Positions 20,519 to 30,963 are shown, counted from the first letter of the stretch. The stretch is 64,000 nt of DNA from an uncultured Chthonomonadaceae bacterium (GCA_963817895.1 CAWFQB010000006.1:1-64000); one strand, 5' to 3'. Numbers and translations are program-made. The notes: generated from the sequence alone by a model not told the origin.

Positions 20519-22774
20519 ATGAAACCCTACAAACTCGAAGCCCTCGAATATCATAGCCGCCCGCCACACGGCAAACTGGAAATCACGCCCACCAAACCCT
20601 GCCTGACGCAGCGCGATCTGGCCCTCGCGTACACGCCCGGTGTGGCGGAACCGTGCCGCGCCATACAGAAAAACCCGGAAGACGCTTTTCTGTATACCGC
20701 GAAAGGCAATCTCGTCGCGGTCATTACGAACGGAACCGCCGTTCTGGGATTGGGCAACATTGGCGCGTTGGCGGGCAAGCCCGTGATGGAGGGCAAGGCC
20801 CTGCTGTTCAAGCGGTTCGCCGATCTGGACGCCATTGACCTTGAACTCGATACCGAAGACCCGGAACTGTTCATACAGGCCGTGAAAATCATGGAGCCGA
20901 GTTTCGGCGGCATCAATCTGGAAGACATCAAAGCGCCCGAATGTTTCATTATCGAGGAGCGTTTGCGGCGCGAAATGCGGATTCCGGTCTTCCACGACGA
21001 TCAGCACGGCACGGCGATTATTTCGGGGGCCGCGCTAATGAACGCGCTGGAACTGGTTGAGAAGAACATTGAGGACGTGCGTATCGTGTTCAGCGGCGCG
21101 GGCGCGGCGGCGATTGCCACCGCCCGGTTTTATCGGCTGTTGGGCGCGAAACCGGAAAACATCCTGATGGTGGATATTCACGGCGTGGTGCGTCCCGACC
21201 GTGAACCTGCCCCCAACTTCGCGCAGGAGGATTTCGCGCGGGAAACCGAGGCGCGGACGCTTGCCGACGCGCTTGTTGGCGCGGATGTGTTTGTCGGCCT
21301 GTCGGCAGCCGGAATCGTCAAGCCCGAAATGATTATGCCGATGACGGTCAATCCCATCATCTTCGCGCTTGCCAACCCGGATGCGGAAATTGATTACGAG
21401 GACGCCAAAGCCGCCCGCCCGGACGCCATTGTGGCGACCGGGCGTTCCGATTATCCCAATCAGGTGAACAACGTCTTAGGTTTCCCGTTTCTGTTTCGGG
21501 GCGCGTTAGATGTGCGGGCAACGGAAATCAACGAGGATATGAAAATCGCCGCGTCGAAAGCGCTCGCAATGTTGGCGCGGGAAGATGTGCCGGACGGGGT
21601 TGCCAAAGCGTATGGCGTGGCCGGACTGCGATTCGGGCCGGAATACCTGATTCCCAAGCCGCTCGACCCTCGCGTACTGCTGTGGGTTGCGCCCGCCATT
21701 GCCCGGTCGGCAATGGAGTCGGGCGTGGCGCGGATTTCCATTGATCTGGATAAGTACGGCGAACAATTGGAAGCGCGGCTGGGCAAGTCCCGCGAAATGA
21801 TGCGGATCGTGTTCAATAAGGCCAAATCGGACCCGCGCCGGATTGTGCTGGCCGAGGGCGAACACGAGAAGATGATACGGGCGGCGCATCAGCTGATGGA
21901 AGAGAAACTGGCGCGTCCCATTCTGCTTGGCGACCCGCACAAAATCGCCCGGACTGCGGCGGCGATGCAGATTGAACTTCGCGACATTCCCATTATTGAC
22001 CCGGTTACTTTTGAGGGGCGCGAACGCTATGTGCAGCGACTTCTCGCCCTGCGCGAGCGTAAGGGCGTAACCCGGCGCGAAGCCGAGGAACTGCTGCTCA
22101 AACCGGACTATTTCGGTTCTATCGCGGTGGAAATGAACGACGCAGACGGCATGGTGACGGGCCTGACCTCGCACTATTCCGAAGGGCTGCGCCCACCGCT
22201 GCAAATCATCCGCACCGCGCCGGATACGCATACGGCGGCGGGCGTGTACCTCGTCGCCACCCGTCACCGCGTCCTGTTCTTCGCGGATACTACCGTCAAC
22301 ATTGACCCGGACGCGGAAACGCTTGCGGAAATCGCCTGCCTGACCGCCACCCTTGCCGAAAGTTTCGACATCGTGCCGCGTATCGCCATGCTGAGTTTTT
22401 CCAACTTCGGCAGCGTCCGCCACCCTCGTTCCGACAAGATGCGCAAAGCCGTCGAAATCCTGCGCAAGCGCGATCCGAGTTTGCACGTTGACGGCGAGAT
22501 GCAGGTAAACACCGCGCTCGTGGACGAAATCCTCAACGGAACCTATCCATTCAACCAACTTGGAGCCGAAGCCAATATCCTGATTTTCCCCAGTCTGGAA
22601 GCCGGTAACATCGGCTACAAACTGGTACAGCAATTGGCGCAGGCGGAAGTGGTCGGGCCGATTCTGGTCGGGATGCGCAAACCGGTTCACGTTTTGCAGC
22701 GCGACGACGAGGTGAAAGACATCGTAAACCTCGCCGCCCTCGCCGTGCTGGAAGCGCAATCCCGTACGGCTTAA
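20519..22774 (+). CDS. maeB: NADP-dependent malic enzyme, PTA-domain fusion
   Basis: DLALAYTPGVAEP, GKPVMEGK, INLEDIKAPECF, FHDDQHGTA, TGRSDYPNQVNN; C-terminal phosphotransacetylase-like domain. Confidence 0.95.
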   Translation: MKPYKLEALEYHSRPPHGKLEITPTKPCLTQRDLALAYTPGVAEPCRAIQKNPEDAFLYTAKGNLVAVITNGTAVLGLGNIGALAGKPVMEGKALLFKRFADLDAIDLELDTEDPELFIQAVKIMEPSFGGINLEDIKAPECFIIEERLRREMRIPVFHDDQHGTAIISGAALMNALELVEKNIEDVRIVFSGAGAAAIATARFYRLLGAKPENILMVDIHGVVRPDREPAPNFAQEDFARETEARTLADALVGADVFVGLSAAGIVKPEMIMPMTVNPIIFALANPDAEIDYEDAKAARPDAIVATGRSDYPNQVNNVLGFPFLFRGALDVRATEINEDMKIAASKALAMLAREDVPDGVAKAYGVAGLRFGPEYLIPKPLDPRVLLWVAPAIARSAMESGVARISIDLDKYGEQLEARLGKSREMMRIVFNKAKSDPRRIVLAEGEHEKMIRAAHQLMEEKLARPILLGDPHKIARTAAAMQIELRDIPIIDPVTFEGRERYVQRLLALRERKGVTRREAEELLLKPDYFGSIAVEMNDADGMVTGLTSHYSEGLRPPLQIIRTAPDTHTAAGVYLVATRHRVLFFADTTVNIDPDAETLAEIACLTATLAESFDIVPRIAMLSFSNFGSVRHPRSDKMRKAVEILRKRDPSLHVDGEMQVNTALVDEILNGTYPFNQLGAEANILIFPSLEAGNIGYKLVQQLAQAEVVGPILVGMRKPVHVLQRDDEVKDIVNLAALAVLEAQSRTA

Positions 22775-22787
22775 AGCAAATACGTTC

Positions 22788-22935
22788 TCACCACAGAGAC
22801 ACAGAGGCTTCACAGAGGATAAAATAGAGAAGAGAATTGAAGGAATCCGCTACTTACGTCAATCATGTGGTTCCCTCTCCTTTCTTCCCCTTCCTTTCTC
22901 TGTGAAACCTCTGTGTCTCTGTGTCTCTGTGGTGA
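22788..22935. repeat. CACAGAG 8-mer hairpin repeat family D, copy 1
   Basis: TCACCACAGAGACACAGAGGCTTCACAGAG ... CTCTGTGAAACCTCTGTGTCTCTGTGTCTCTGTGGTGA. Confidence 0.85.
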
Positions 22936-22942
22936 AATCCTT

Positions 22943-23749
22943 TTACGATCCCAGCAACGTGATGTCGTGGAGGTGGCCGGAAGCGACGAGGTAGACGTAT
23001 ACATCGGTTATGGCGACGGAACACATACTGAGCAGGGCGTAGTTGCCGTGCTGTTCGTTGAGGAAGCTGACTTTGTTCCACATGCCGTAGCGGGTTTTGT
23101 TCAGGACGGAGCAGCTGTAGCAGTCCAGATTGCCGCCGATGAGATGCCGCCACGAGTGGCAGGAGAAGGTGTAAGCGGACAGCAGCAGGATATTGGCGAG
23201 GAAAATCAGGGTTCCGACATGGATGCCGAAATGCCCCCCGTGGAAGAACGTTTTGAACATGTCAACCCACAGCAGGATGATGAAGATTACGGCGGCATAA
23301 AACGCGAATCGGTGCAGGTTTTGAATAATCAGGGGGAAAGCGCGTTCGCCCTGATAGCGTTTGTAACGTAGTTTGTTCAGCCATGAGGGTTCCGCAACGG
23401 CGCAGCCGGCGGGGTCGAACAGATAGGCGCGATAAATGGCTTTTCTATAGTAGTAGCAGCTCAGGCGGAACATCAGGGGAAACGGCAGAATCAGCAGCGC
23501 GGGCGAAATGCTATATATGCCGATGTGCATGCCGAGTTTGATGGTGGGGGAATAAAACGGCGACAGGTACGAGTCGGCTTCGTAAAAATCGTTCTGGAAC
23601 GCGCGGAACGTGGCCCACGCGCCAAACGCGGAAAACAGAATAAAGAAGGTGAGCGAACTCGTCCACCACTGGTCTTTACGCTGCAGGGAGGGCGCGGACT
23701 GAGTTTCGGGCTGTACAGCGGGGGAAGTGGAAGGAGTAACGGTAGCCAT
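22943..23749 (-). CDS. membrane protein resembling the actinobacterial Sdh1 (Rv0249c-type) succinate dehydrogenase anchor
   Basis: YLSPFYSP, FRLSCYYYRKA, PAGCAVAEP, YQGERAFPLIIQNLHR, SCHSWRHL. Confidence 0.7.
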   Translation of the reverse strand: MATVTPSTSPAVQPETQSAPSLQRKDQWWTSSLTFFILFSAFGAWATFRAFQNDFYEADSYLSPFYSPTIKLGMHIGIYSISPALLILPFPLMFRLSCYYYRKAIYRAYLFDPAGCAVAEPSWLNKLRYKRYQGERAFPLIIQNLHRFAFYAAVIFIILLWVDMFKTFFHGGHFGIHVGTLIFLANILLLSAYTFSCHSWRHLIGGNLDCYSCSVLNKTRYGMWNKVSFLNEQHGNYALLSMCSVAITDVYVYLVASGHLHDITLLGS

Positions 23750-24018
23750 CAAGAATCTCCGTGCAATCGAAAAAGTTGGATTACTGAAACCGCGCGCCAT
23801 ACCCTTCAACAGTGCAGGATTGCGGCCAGTTCTTGTATAAGCATAGCACAAAAACCGGGCGAATGGCGCATAGTTTAGGCTTGTTATTCTGGCGAAAGTC
23901 GCTGAAATTGTCCGCAGCCACTTGAAAATCTCTCACAAAGTTCATTTTTGTAAGGTATACTCCCTGTGAGAAATTCGTAATATGTTGTAAATGGGTGGTG
24001 AAGGAGAACTTTAACGCA

Positions 24019-25023
24019 ATGCGATATCCTATAGGCTTTATGATGGCGCAGGGGCGGCATCGCGCGAAACTGGAACGTTCCGGGCAGAAACGCTATCCGA
24101 CGGTTCTGATGTTGGAACCGCTGTACACCTGCAATCTGGCGTGCTTGGGCTGCTCTGTCGAGCGTCATACGGGCAAGTTGAAAGATCGCATGTCGCTGGA
24201 AACCTGCTTTCAGGCTGTGGAGGATTGCGGCGCCCCGATTGTCAACATCTGCGGCGGCGAACCCACGCTTTACCCCGAACTCAAAGAACTGATTTCCGGC
24301 CTCATTGAGCGCGGGCGCTACATCATCATGTGTACTAATGCGCTGAAGCTGGATACCAAAGTATTCGATGTGATTCCCCCGAGCGACCACTTCTTCCTGA
24401 TGATCCATCTGGACGGGATGCGCCAGACGCACGATTACGTTTGTAATCGCGAAGGCGTGTTCGATAAGGCCGTGGAGATGATTCGCAAAGCGCGGGAGCG
24501 CGGCTACCACGTTTACATCAATACGACGGTTTTCAAGGAAACGTCGGTTGAAGAAGTAGAAGACCTGTGCAAACTGGTGGATGAACTCAAGGCAAAAGGG
24601 ATTCTGATCTCTCCCGGCTACGAGTACGAGAGCGTGGAGCGCGACATCTTCCTGACCAAAGAGCAGATTCACGACAAGTTCAAAGTGATTCGCGACTTTT
24701 CCCCCAAATATAAGGTGAGCGCGACTCCGGTATTTCTGGAATTCGCCGCCGGTCTGCGCGAACTTTCATGCGCCCCGTGGTCAACCGTGAACTACACGCC
24801 CAAAGGCTGGAAAGCGCCCTGCTATCTCGTGGAGGGCGAAGGCTTCTACGAAGGTTGGAATGAATTCTGGAACAAAACCGATTGGGCGTACTGGGAATCC
24901 CGTCAGGACCCGCGCTGCCAGAACTGCAAAATGCACAGCGGCTTCGAGCATAGCGCGGTCACGGAAGCCATGACCACTTTCGGCGGCAAGATGAAACTGG
25001 CGGCGTGGTCGCTGGCGAAGTAG
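24019..25023 (+). CDS. hpnH: adenosyl-hopene transferase, radical SAM
   Basis: VLMLEPLYTCNLACLGC, ICGGEP, CTNA, ISPGYEYE, C-terminal PCYL..DPRCQNCKMHSGFE; AAGGAG RBS. Confidence 0.85.
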   Translation: MRYPIGFMMAQGRHRAKLERSGQKRYPTVLMLEPLYTCNLACLGCSVERHTGKLKDRMSLETCFQAVEDCGAPIVNICGGEPTLYPELKELISGLIERGRYIIMCTNALKLDTKVFDVIPPSDHFFLMIHLDGMRQTHDYVCNREGVFDKAVEMIRKARERGYHVYINTTVFKETSVEEVEDLCKLVDELKAKGILISPGYEYESVERDIFLTKEQIHDKFKVIRDFSPKYKVSATPVFLEFAAGLRELSCAPWSTVNYTPKGWKAPCYLVEGEGFYEGWNEFWNKTDWAYWESRQDPRCQNCKMHSGFEHSAVTEAMTTFGGKMKLAAWSLAK

Positions 25024-25029
25024 GAATTG

Positions 25030-25185
25030 TTCACCACCAAGACACAAAGTACACCAGGAAAACGAGAGAAGATAAAAGAACAAATTGAAGCATGGTTCGG
25101 GTTAAGCGCATAAACAGCGGACGAGCTCTGTGATTGTTTTCCTTTCTTTTGTATTTCCTGGTGTTCTTGGTTTCTTGGTGGTGAA
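25030..25185. repeat. hairpin repeat family D variant (CACCAAG)
   Basis: TTCACCACCAAGACACAAAGTACACCAGGAAA ... TTTCCTGGTGTTCTTGGTTTCTTGGTGGTGAA. Confidence 0.75.
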
Positions 25186-25205
25186 ATAAACTCTCAAATG
25201 AAGGG

Positions 25206-26210
25206 TTGCAGTTGACTTCTCTGGTGACGGGCGCAACCGGGTTTGTCGGGTTTCATGTCGCGCAGCAGCTTGTGGCGCGGGGCGAAACGGTGCGGGTGTT
25301 GGCGCGTCCGAACAGCCGTCTGGACAACATTCACGCGCTGGGCAAAACCAATGTCGAATTAGTTTACGGCGATTTGACGGACGGGGAATCGCTGCGGCAG
25401 GCTATACAGGGATGTGATACACTATATCATGTCGCTGCGGATTATCGCCTGTGGGCGAAAGACCCGCAGGAACTGTATCGCGCCAATGTGGACGGTTCGC
25501 GGCAATTGCTGGAAATCGCGAAAGCGGCGGGATTAAGCAAAATCGTGTATACCAGCACGGTAGGCGCGTTGGGAATCCCGCATGACGGCACTTCCGGCAA
25601 TGAAGACACGCCCGTTAGCGTTGAAAACATGATCGGGCATTACAAACGCTCGAAGTTTCTGGCCGAAGAAGCGGTACGGCAGTTCGCGGCGGATGGTCTG
25701 CCGGTGGTGATTGTGAATCCGAGTACGCCGATTGGCGAACGGGACATCAAGCCGACGCCAACGGGACAGATTATCGTTGATTTTCTAAACCGCAAAATGC
25801 CCGCGTATGTGGATACCGGCCTGAACCTGATTGATGTTCGCGATTGCGCGGCGGGAATACTGCTGGCGGGAGAACGCGGACGTATTGGCGAACGCTACAT
25901 TTTAGGCAACCGCAACACCAGTATGCGGGAGATGCTGCAAATGCTGGCGACAATCACAGGTTTGCCCGCGCCCAAAATGAAAATGCCGTACGCGCTGGCG
26001 TGGCTTGCAGTTGGCGCGGAAAACGTGATTATGGATCGCGTGTTGAACCGCGCGCCCACGCACCCGTTCGAGGGCGTGAAGATGGCGCGTCACAAAATGT
26101 TTTTCGATGCGTCTAAAGCGGTTAAGGAACTCCATTTGCCGCAGTCGCCCGTTGAGGATGCCCTGCAACGCGCCGTAGAATGGTTCCGCGAAAATGGATA
26201 TGTAAAGTAA
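25206..26210 (+). CDS. hpnA: hopanoid-associated NAD-dependent epimerase/dehydratase
   Basis: VTGATGFVG, HVAADYRLW, GHYKRSK, NPSTPIGERDIKPTPTG, YVDTGLN. Confidence 0.88.
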   Translation: MQLTSLVTGATGFVGFHVAQQLVARGETVRVLARPNSRLDNIHALGKTNVELVYGDLTDGESLRQAIQGCDTLYHVAADYRLWAKDPQELYRANVDGSRQLLEIAKAAGLSKIVYTSTVGALGIPHDGTSGNEDTPVSVENMIGHYKRSKFLAEEAVRQFAADGLPVVIVNPSTPIGERDIKPTPTGQIIVDFLNRKMPAYVDTGLNLIDVRDCAAGILLAGERGRIGERYILGNRNTSMREMLQMLATITGLPAPKMKMPYALAWLAVGAENVIMDRVLNRAPTHPFEGVKMARHKMFFDASKAVKELHLPQSPVEDALQRAVEWFRENGYVK

Positions 26211-26371
26211 TTCACCACAGAGGCACAGAGACACAGAGACTTCACAGAGAAAAGCAGAAGAGGGGACAAGGAGTAACAGACAAGATTACTTGAATTTGTT
26301 CCTCTTCCTCTGTATAGTTTGTGGATTGTTTTTCATATTTCCCTCTGTGAAGTCTCTGTGCCTCTGTGGTG
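26211..26371. repeat. CACAGAG 8-mer hairpin repeat family D, copy 3
   Basis: TTCACCACAGAGGCACAGAGACACAGAGACTTCACAGAG ... CTCTGTGAAGTCTCTGTGCCTCTGTGGTG. Confidence 0.85.
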
Positions 26372-26396
26372 TAATCTTAAATTTCAGGAGCAGGAA

Positions 26397-27317
26397 GTGG
26401 ATACACAGCCCAAACGTACCGTGCTGATGGCGAAAGAAGTCGGGTTTTGCTTTGGCGTGAAGCGAGCAATCAACCTGACTAAGCAGGCGCTGGAAGAGCG
26501 CGGCGACGTGTTTATTCTGGGCGATTTGGTGCATAACAAGCGCGTGACAGATGAATTGGAGGGCCGGGGCCTGCGTAAAGTAGACGATTATACGCAGGAA
26601 GACAGCGGCACGACCATGGTGATTCGCGCGCACGGCCTGCCCAAAGTCAAGATTCAAGAGGCGCGGGACAGAGGGCTTGAGGTTGTGGACGCTACTTGCC
26701 CGATTGTTCTGCGGGCGCAGGAGGCGGCGCAAACGCTGGAGCGCGACGGCTATCAAGTCGTAATCATCGGCGACAAAAACCATGCGGAAGTCAAGGGCAT
26801 CATCGGCGCGTTGGAAGAGCCGGTACTGGTGATTGCAACCGTAGAAGAACTGCATCAGGCGCGGGCGGAATACAAGCTGCTGCGCAAAGTGGGCGTGTTG
26901 TTCCAGACGACGCTCGCGCTGGAAATGTGTTTCCCGGTGGCGAATGAACTCATGGCGATGTGCAAAGAGGTGCGGATCATCAACACGATTTGCCGCCCCG
27001 TGCAGAACCGGCAGGACGACGCCATTGAAATCGCGGCCAAAGTGGATTTAATGATTGTGGTAGGTTCGCGGACAAGCGCGAATACGGTAGAACTGGCTGG
27101 CCTGTGCAAGCATTACAACCCGAATACGCTGCATGTTCAAAACGCGGATGAGTTGGCGTATGAAGCGTTTCGGGACGCCAAAACAGTCGGCATCGCGTCC
27201 GGCCTGTCCACGCCGGAAGATTTAGTCGAAGCCGTCCGCGTGAAGGTGCTGACTGAAGACGCCAACATTATGCCGGAAGCCACAACTCAGATTGCAGCGC
27301 AACTGGCAGCGGTGTAG
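26397..27317 (+). CDS. ispH: 4-hydroxy-3-methylbut-2-enyl diphosphate reductase
   Basis: GFCFGVKRA, LVHN, IRAHG, DATCP, HAEV, NTIC, SANT, GLSTP; GTG start after AGGAG. Confidence 0.92.
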   Translation: MDTQPKRTVLMAKEVGFCFGVKRAINLTKQALEERGDVFILGDLVHNKRVTDELEGRGLRKVDDYTQEDSGTTMVIRAHGLPKVKIQEARDRGLEVVDATCPIVLRAQEAAQTLERDGYQVVIIGDKNHAEVKGIIGALEEPVLVIATVEELHQARAEYKLLRKVGVLFQTTLALEMCFPVANELMAMCKEVRIINTICRPVQNRQDDAIEIAAKVDLMIVVGSRTSANTVELAGLCKHYNPNTLHVQNADELAYEAFRDAKTVGIASGLSTPEDLVEAVRVKVLTEDANIMPEATTQIAAQLAAV

Positions 27318-27319
27318 GT

Positions 27320-28057
27320 ATGGCCGGGAAATCCGCTTTAGTAGGGAATATAGCCATTTTGTTCGCGCTGCGGGAAGAATTGAAACCCTTCGAGCGCGTC
27401 AATCCCGATAAGCACAAGTTTCACAGCGATTGTTCCGGCAGTGGCGCAAATAATTCATGCCACGCTGCCACGCAATTATTGAGCGCAGTAAAAGATGCGT
27501 CTGATTCGGAATATCGAACCCTGTTGATATGCGGGTTTGCGGGCGGGTTGGTGGACGGATTGACGCCCGGAACGCTTGTCATTGGCGACAGCGTGACCGA
27601 TAGTTCAGGGACAGTATTGACGGCGGACTCCCGGTTGCTTGCAATCGCGGAGTCCGTTCGCTTGCCGGAACTTGCAGCCATGCGTGGAACGATTTATACT
27701 GACAACAAGGTATTAACGCAAAGCGCGGAGAAACAAGCTCTTGCCCGAAGCCGCGATGTGATTGCCGTAGATATGGAAACCTTTGCCGCCGCCGAAGTTG
27801 CGCGGGAAGCGGGCGTTCCGTGGCTGGCAATTCGTGTCGTCACGGATGGCGCTACTGATGACATGCCTTTTGATTTCAATGCCATGACGGGTGCGGACGG
27901 TAATGTGAATAAAGGCCGCGTCATTGCTTCCGCGCTGACGCATCCCCGAATTATTCCCGCTCTGATTCGGTTGGGGGCGCGGTCGTCCCTTGCGGCGAAA
28001 AACCTTGCGCAATTTCTGGAAGCGTACTTGCCGCTATTGTCGGACGTAAACACATGA
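27320..28057 (+). CDS. purine phosphorylase/nucleosidase family protein (HpnG-like)
   Basis: ICGFAGGL, AVDMETFAAA, LAIRVVTD; position in the hpn operon. Confidence 0.75.
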   Translation: MAGKSALVGNIAILFALREELKPFERVNPDKHKFHSDCSGSGANNSCHAATQLLSAVKDASDSEYRTLLICGFAGGLVDGLTPGTLVIGDSVTDSSGTVLTADSRLLAIAESVRLPELAAMRGTIYTDNKVLTQSAEKQALARSRDVIAVDMETFAAAEVAREAGVPWLAIRVVTDGATDDMPFDFNAMTGADGNVNKGRVIASALTHPRIIPALIRLGARSSLAAKNLAQFLEAYLPLLSDVNT

Positions 28058-29478
28058 AGACAGGGAGAAGAGGAGAAGAGGAGAAGAGGAGAAGAGGAGA
28101 CAGGGAGTACCAAAGAATATCCATCGAAAATCGAAAATCGAAAATCGAAAATATCTTCATTCCTCTGTGTAGCCTCTGTGTCTCTGTGTCTCTGTGGTGG
28201 ATATTCTCTCTTCAGTTTTGTGACGCGCAGGACAAGCCGCTTTCGCAAACAGACGCTGTGATGCTGGCTGCGCGGCAAAGTCCACAGGCGCGGGCGGCAA
28301 AAGCGGCGCGGGACGTAGCGCAGGCGGAAGCGGATCGGAACAAACCTGCCGCGCGCCCGACCCTGAACGCAATCGCTTCGGGGACGGCGCAGGGGCCGCG
28401 CGTCACATTTCCGCGCCCCGATTACACGCCTGCAACGGTTTTACCGGAAGGCGCGACTCGTCTTGATCTGGTATTGGAACAAACGGTTTACCGGGCGGGA
28501 ATTGGCGCGGCGAAGCAGCGGTATGCGGCGCAATCCGCGCTGGTAACGGAAGATTATCGTAAAACGCTGTCCGCTCTGGCGCAAATGGCGCGTAAATCCT
28601 ATATGGATGTGCTGCGAGCGCAATCGGGGGTCCGAACGGCGCAGGAGGGATTGGATGCCGCCCTGCGATATCAGCAGACAGTAGACGCCCAAATTCGCGC
28701 GGGTGTTGCCAAACCCGTAGATGCCACAATGGTGACAGCGCAGGTGTCTGAAGCGCAGGGGGGCATTGGAAAGGCGGCAGGCGGCTTGCGGCTGGCGCAA
28801 CTTGCGTTCAACAAAGCGTTGGGACGCGGGCTGAACACGCCAGTCGCATTGGAAGCGTTGGGCGCGTTGCCGATTGTGCCGGATAATCCTGACGCGGCGA
28901 TTGCGATTGCGCTTCAAAACCGCCCGGAGCTGATTTCACTGGAACTGAATTTGCAGGCGGCGAGAGCGGGGGTATCACTCGCGCGTTTACAGGGGCAGCC
29001 CGTTCTCAATGCGCGAGGGCAGTTTACCGAGCAAACCCCAACCGCCTTTCAGCACGAACACTATTACGGCGCGACGCTGGAATTGCGCTGGACACTGCTG
29101 GATGGGGGCAAAATTCAGCAGGACACGCGGGAAGCCAAATCGCAGGTAGAGCGATTGGAAGCGTTGCGCGAAGATGCGCGGCAGGGAATTGCTATAGACG
29201 TAACGCAGGCATGGCAAAACATGGTGGATGCCCAGGCGCAGATTGGATGGGCGCGCGCGCGCGTGATCGCAACGCAGGCATTTGCCACCGTCGCCGAAAA
29301 AGCGTATGAAGTGGGCCGGGGAACCGTGCTGGAAGCGCAGGCGGCGCAACGGGAAGTCCGCTCGGCACGGGAACGCGAACTGCAAGCCACCCACGATTTA
29401 TATAGCGCCGCCATTGATTTCGCCCACGCGCAGGGAACCGATGTTCGCGAACTTGAAAGCATAGTCGGGAAGCGTTGA
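28054..29478 (+). CDS. TolC family outer membrane efflux protein
   Basis: two OEP-like repeats (ALQNRPEL, WTLLDGG, AYEVGRGT); ATGA overlap with the upstream gene. Confidence 0.8.
   Translation: MKTGRRGEEEKRRRGDREYQRISIENRKSKIENIFIPLCSLCVSVSLWWIFSLQFCDAQDKPLSQTDAVMLAARQSPQARAAKAARDVAQAEADRNKPAARPTLNAIASGTAQGPRVTFPRPDYTPATVLPEGATRLDLVLEQTVYRAGIGAAKQRYAAQSALVTEDYRKTLSALAQMARKSYMDVLRAQSGVRTAQEGLDAALRYQQTVDAQIRAGVAKPVDATMVTAQVSEAQGGIGKAAGGLRLAQLAFNKALGRGLNTPVALEALGALPIVPDNPDAAIAIALQNRPELISLELNLQAARAGVSLARLQGQPVLNARGQFTEQTPTAFQHEHYYGATLELRWTLLDGGKIQQDTREAKSQVERLEALREDARQGIAIDVTQAWQNMVDAQAQIGWARARVIATQAFATVAEKAYEVGRGTVLEAQAAQREVRSARERELQATHDLYSAAIDFAHAQGTDVRELESIVGKR
28064..28199 (+). repeat. composite tandem repeats inside the tolC 5' end
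   Basis: GGAGAAGA x4, TCGAAAA x4, CTCTGTG x4 (family D right arm). Confidence 0.85.
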
Positions 29479-29496
29479 ACGTATCAGGCATCTCTG

Positions 29497-29614
29497 TGCC
29501 GGGTATTGAAAATACCCGGCAGGAAATTGCAAGCGTCTTTCAGACGCGGGAATTTTGATTAAAAATGGCGTCCGTAGGACGCTTGCTTTGTATAGACAGG
29601 GAAAAATCCCTGGC
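29497..29614. repeat. REP/BIME-like hairpin cluster family C, copy 2
   Basis: TGCCGGGTATTGAAAATACCCGGCA; GCAAGCGTC...GACGCTTGC; shares GCGTCCGYAGGACGCTTGC with 13558-13576. Confidence 0.6.
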
Positions 29615-29650
29615 AGCACGTCCAGAGAATGGAAGGATGAGCGAGGGGCA

Positions 29651-30963
29651 ATGGTAAAGGGAACGCGACTACTCGCCGGGGGAACAGCCATTGCCGCTGT
29701 TGCCGCCACTTCCTACTTTCTGCTGCGCCCGCATGAAAAACCGGCAGGGGCGCAGGAGACGCAAAGGGGTCAGGAGTCAGGGGTCAGGAGTCAGGAACAG
29801 CAAGCCGGAATCTCCCCCGCCAAAACGGAACCCTTACCAATCACCAACCATCTACCACCAGCCACCATCTCTTTACTCGGCACGATTATGGGGGAGCAGC
29901 GGCAGTTATCGGTTCGGCAGCCGGCGCGGATTGTCGGCGTGTACGCGAAAGAGGGGCAGGCGGTACAGACCGGGCAACTATTGGTTCAGTTGGATACCTC
30001 AGAGATACAGGCAGGCGAACAAAACGCGCTTGCCGGTATTCGGTTGGCGCAGGCGCAGGCGGACAAAGCACGGAGCGGGCGAACCGCTCAATTGGTGAAA
30101 GCCGAGTCGGATATTCAAGTCGCGCAAACGGGAATCGCGCAGGCGCAGGCGAAGGTTCGGCAGGCGCAATTGGGCGTACAGGCGGCGCGGCAAAGCGATC
30201 AGGCTGATTTACAGACGGCGCAGCAGGCCGTTCGCAAAGCCGAAGCGGGCATGAAAACCGCGCAAACGCAACTGCATAGTCTGGAAGAACTGGCGAAAGT
30301 AGGCGGAGTGGCGCGTAACGATCTGGAGGGGGCGCGAACGCAGGCGCAAATCGCGCAAACCGATCTGGAATCCGCGCAGGAGGCCGTTCGCCGCGTACAG
30401 GCCGGACCTCCGAATCAGCCGGGTGTCACGTTTCGGGTCGCCAACGTATTACAGGAACTCGGGCAGGCGCAAAGCGGGGTCACGCAGGCGCGGCAGGGCT
30501 TGCAAACCGCTCAATCTGCCCGAATGCAGGTTGCGCATACGGCGGACGCGGAAATTCCGCGGCAGAAGCGGCAGTGGCGCAGGCGCGGGCGGGACTGGCA
30601 ACCGCGCAAACCGGAAACCAATCCGCCCGCCTGACAAGCCCTATCAGCGGCATTGCTTCCACGATAAACGCCCATGTGGGCGAAACCGCGCAGCCCGGTA
30701 TGCCCCTGCTGATCCTTATTTCAGCGTCAGGCGCGCGGGTGGAAGCCCTCGCTCCCGCCCGACAACTTTCTCTGCTGCGCGTCGGCCAGTCCGCGCAGGT
30801 CACGCTCGACACCCGGCCCACTCAGCCCTCATCCGCCGTTCTCAGCGCGATTTCGACTGTCGCCGAACCCGACGGACGCGCCTTTCGCGTCATTTTTCGC
30901 TTTACAACGCCGCCCGCCGGTCTGCGCGTGGGACAAACGGCGAGAATTCAGATAAGGGAGTAG
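29651..30963 (+). CDS. efflux RND periplasmic adaptor (HlyD/MFP); -1 indel near 30555
   Basis: lipoyl half motifs VYAKEGQAVQTGQLLVQLD and LTSPISGIA..HVGETAQPG around a long coiled coil. Confidence 0.8.
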
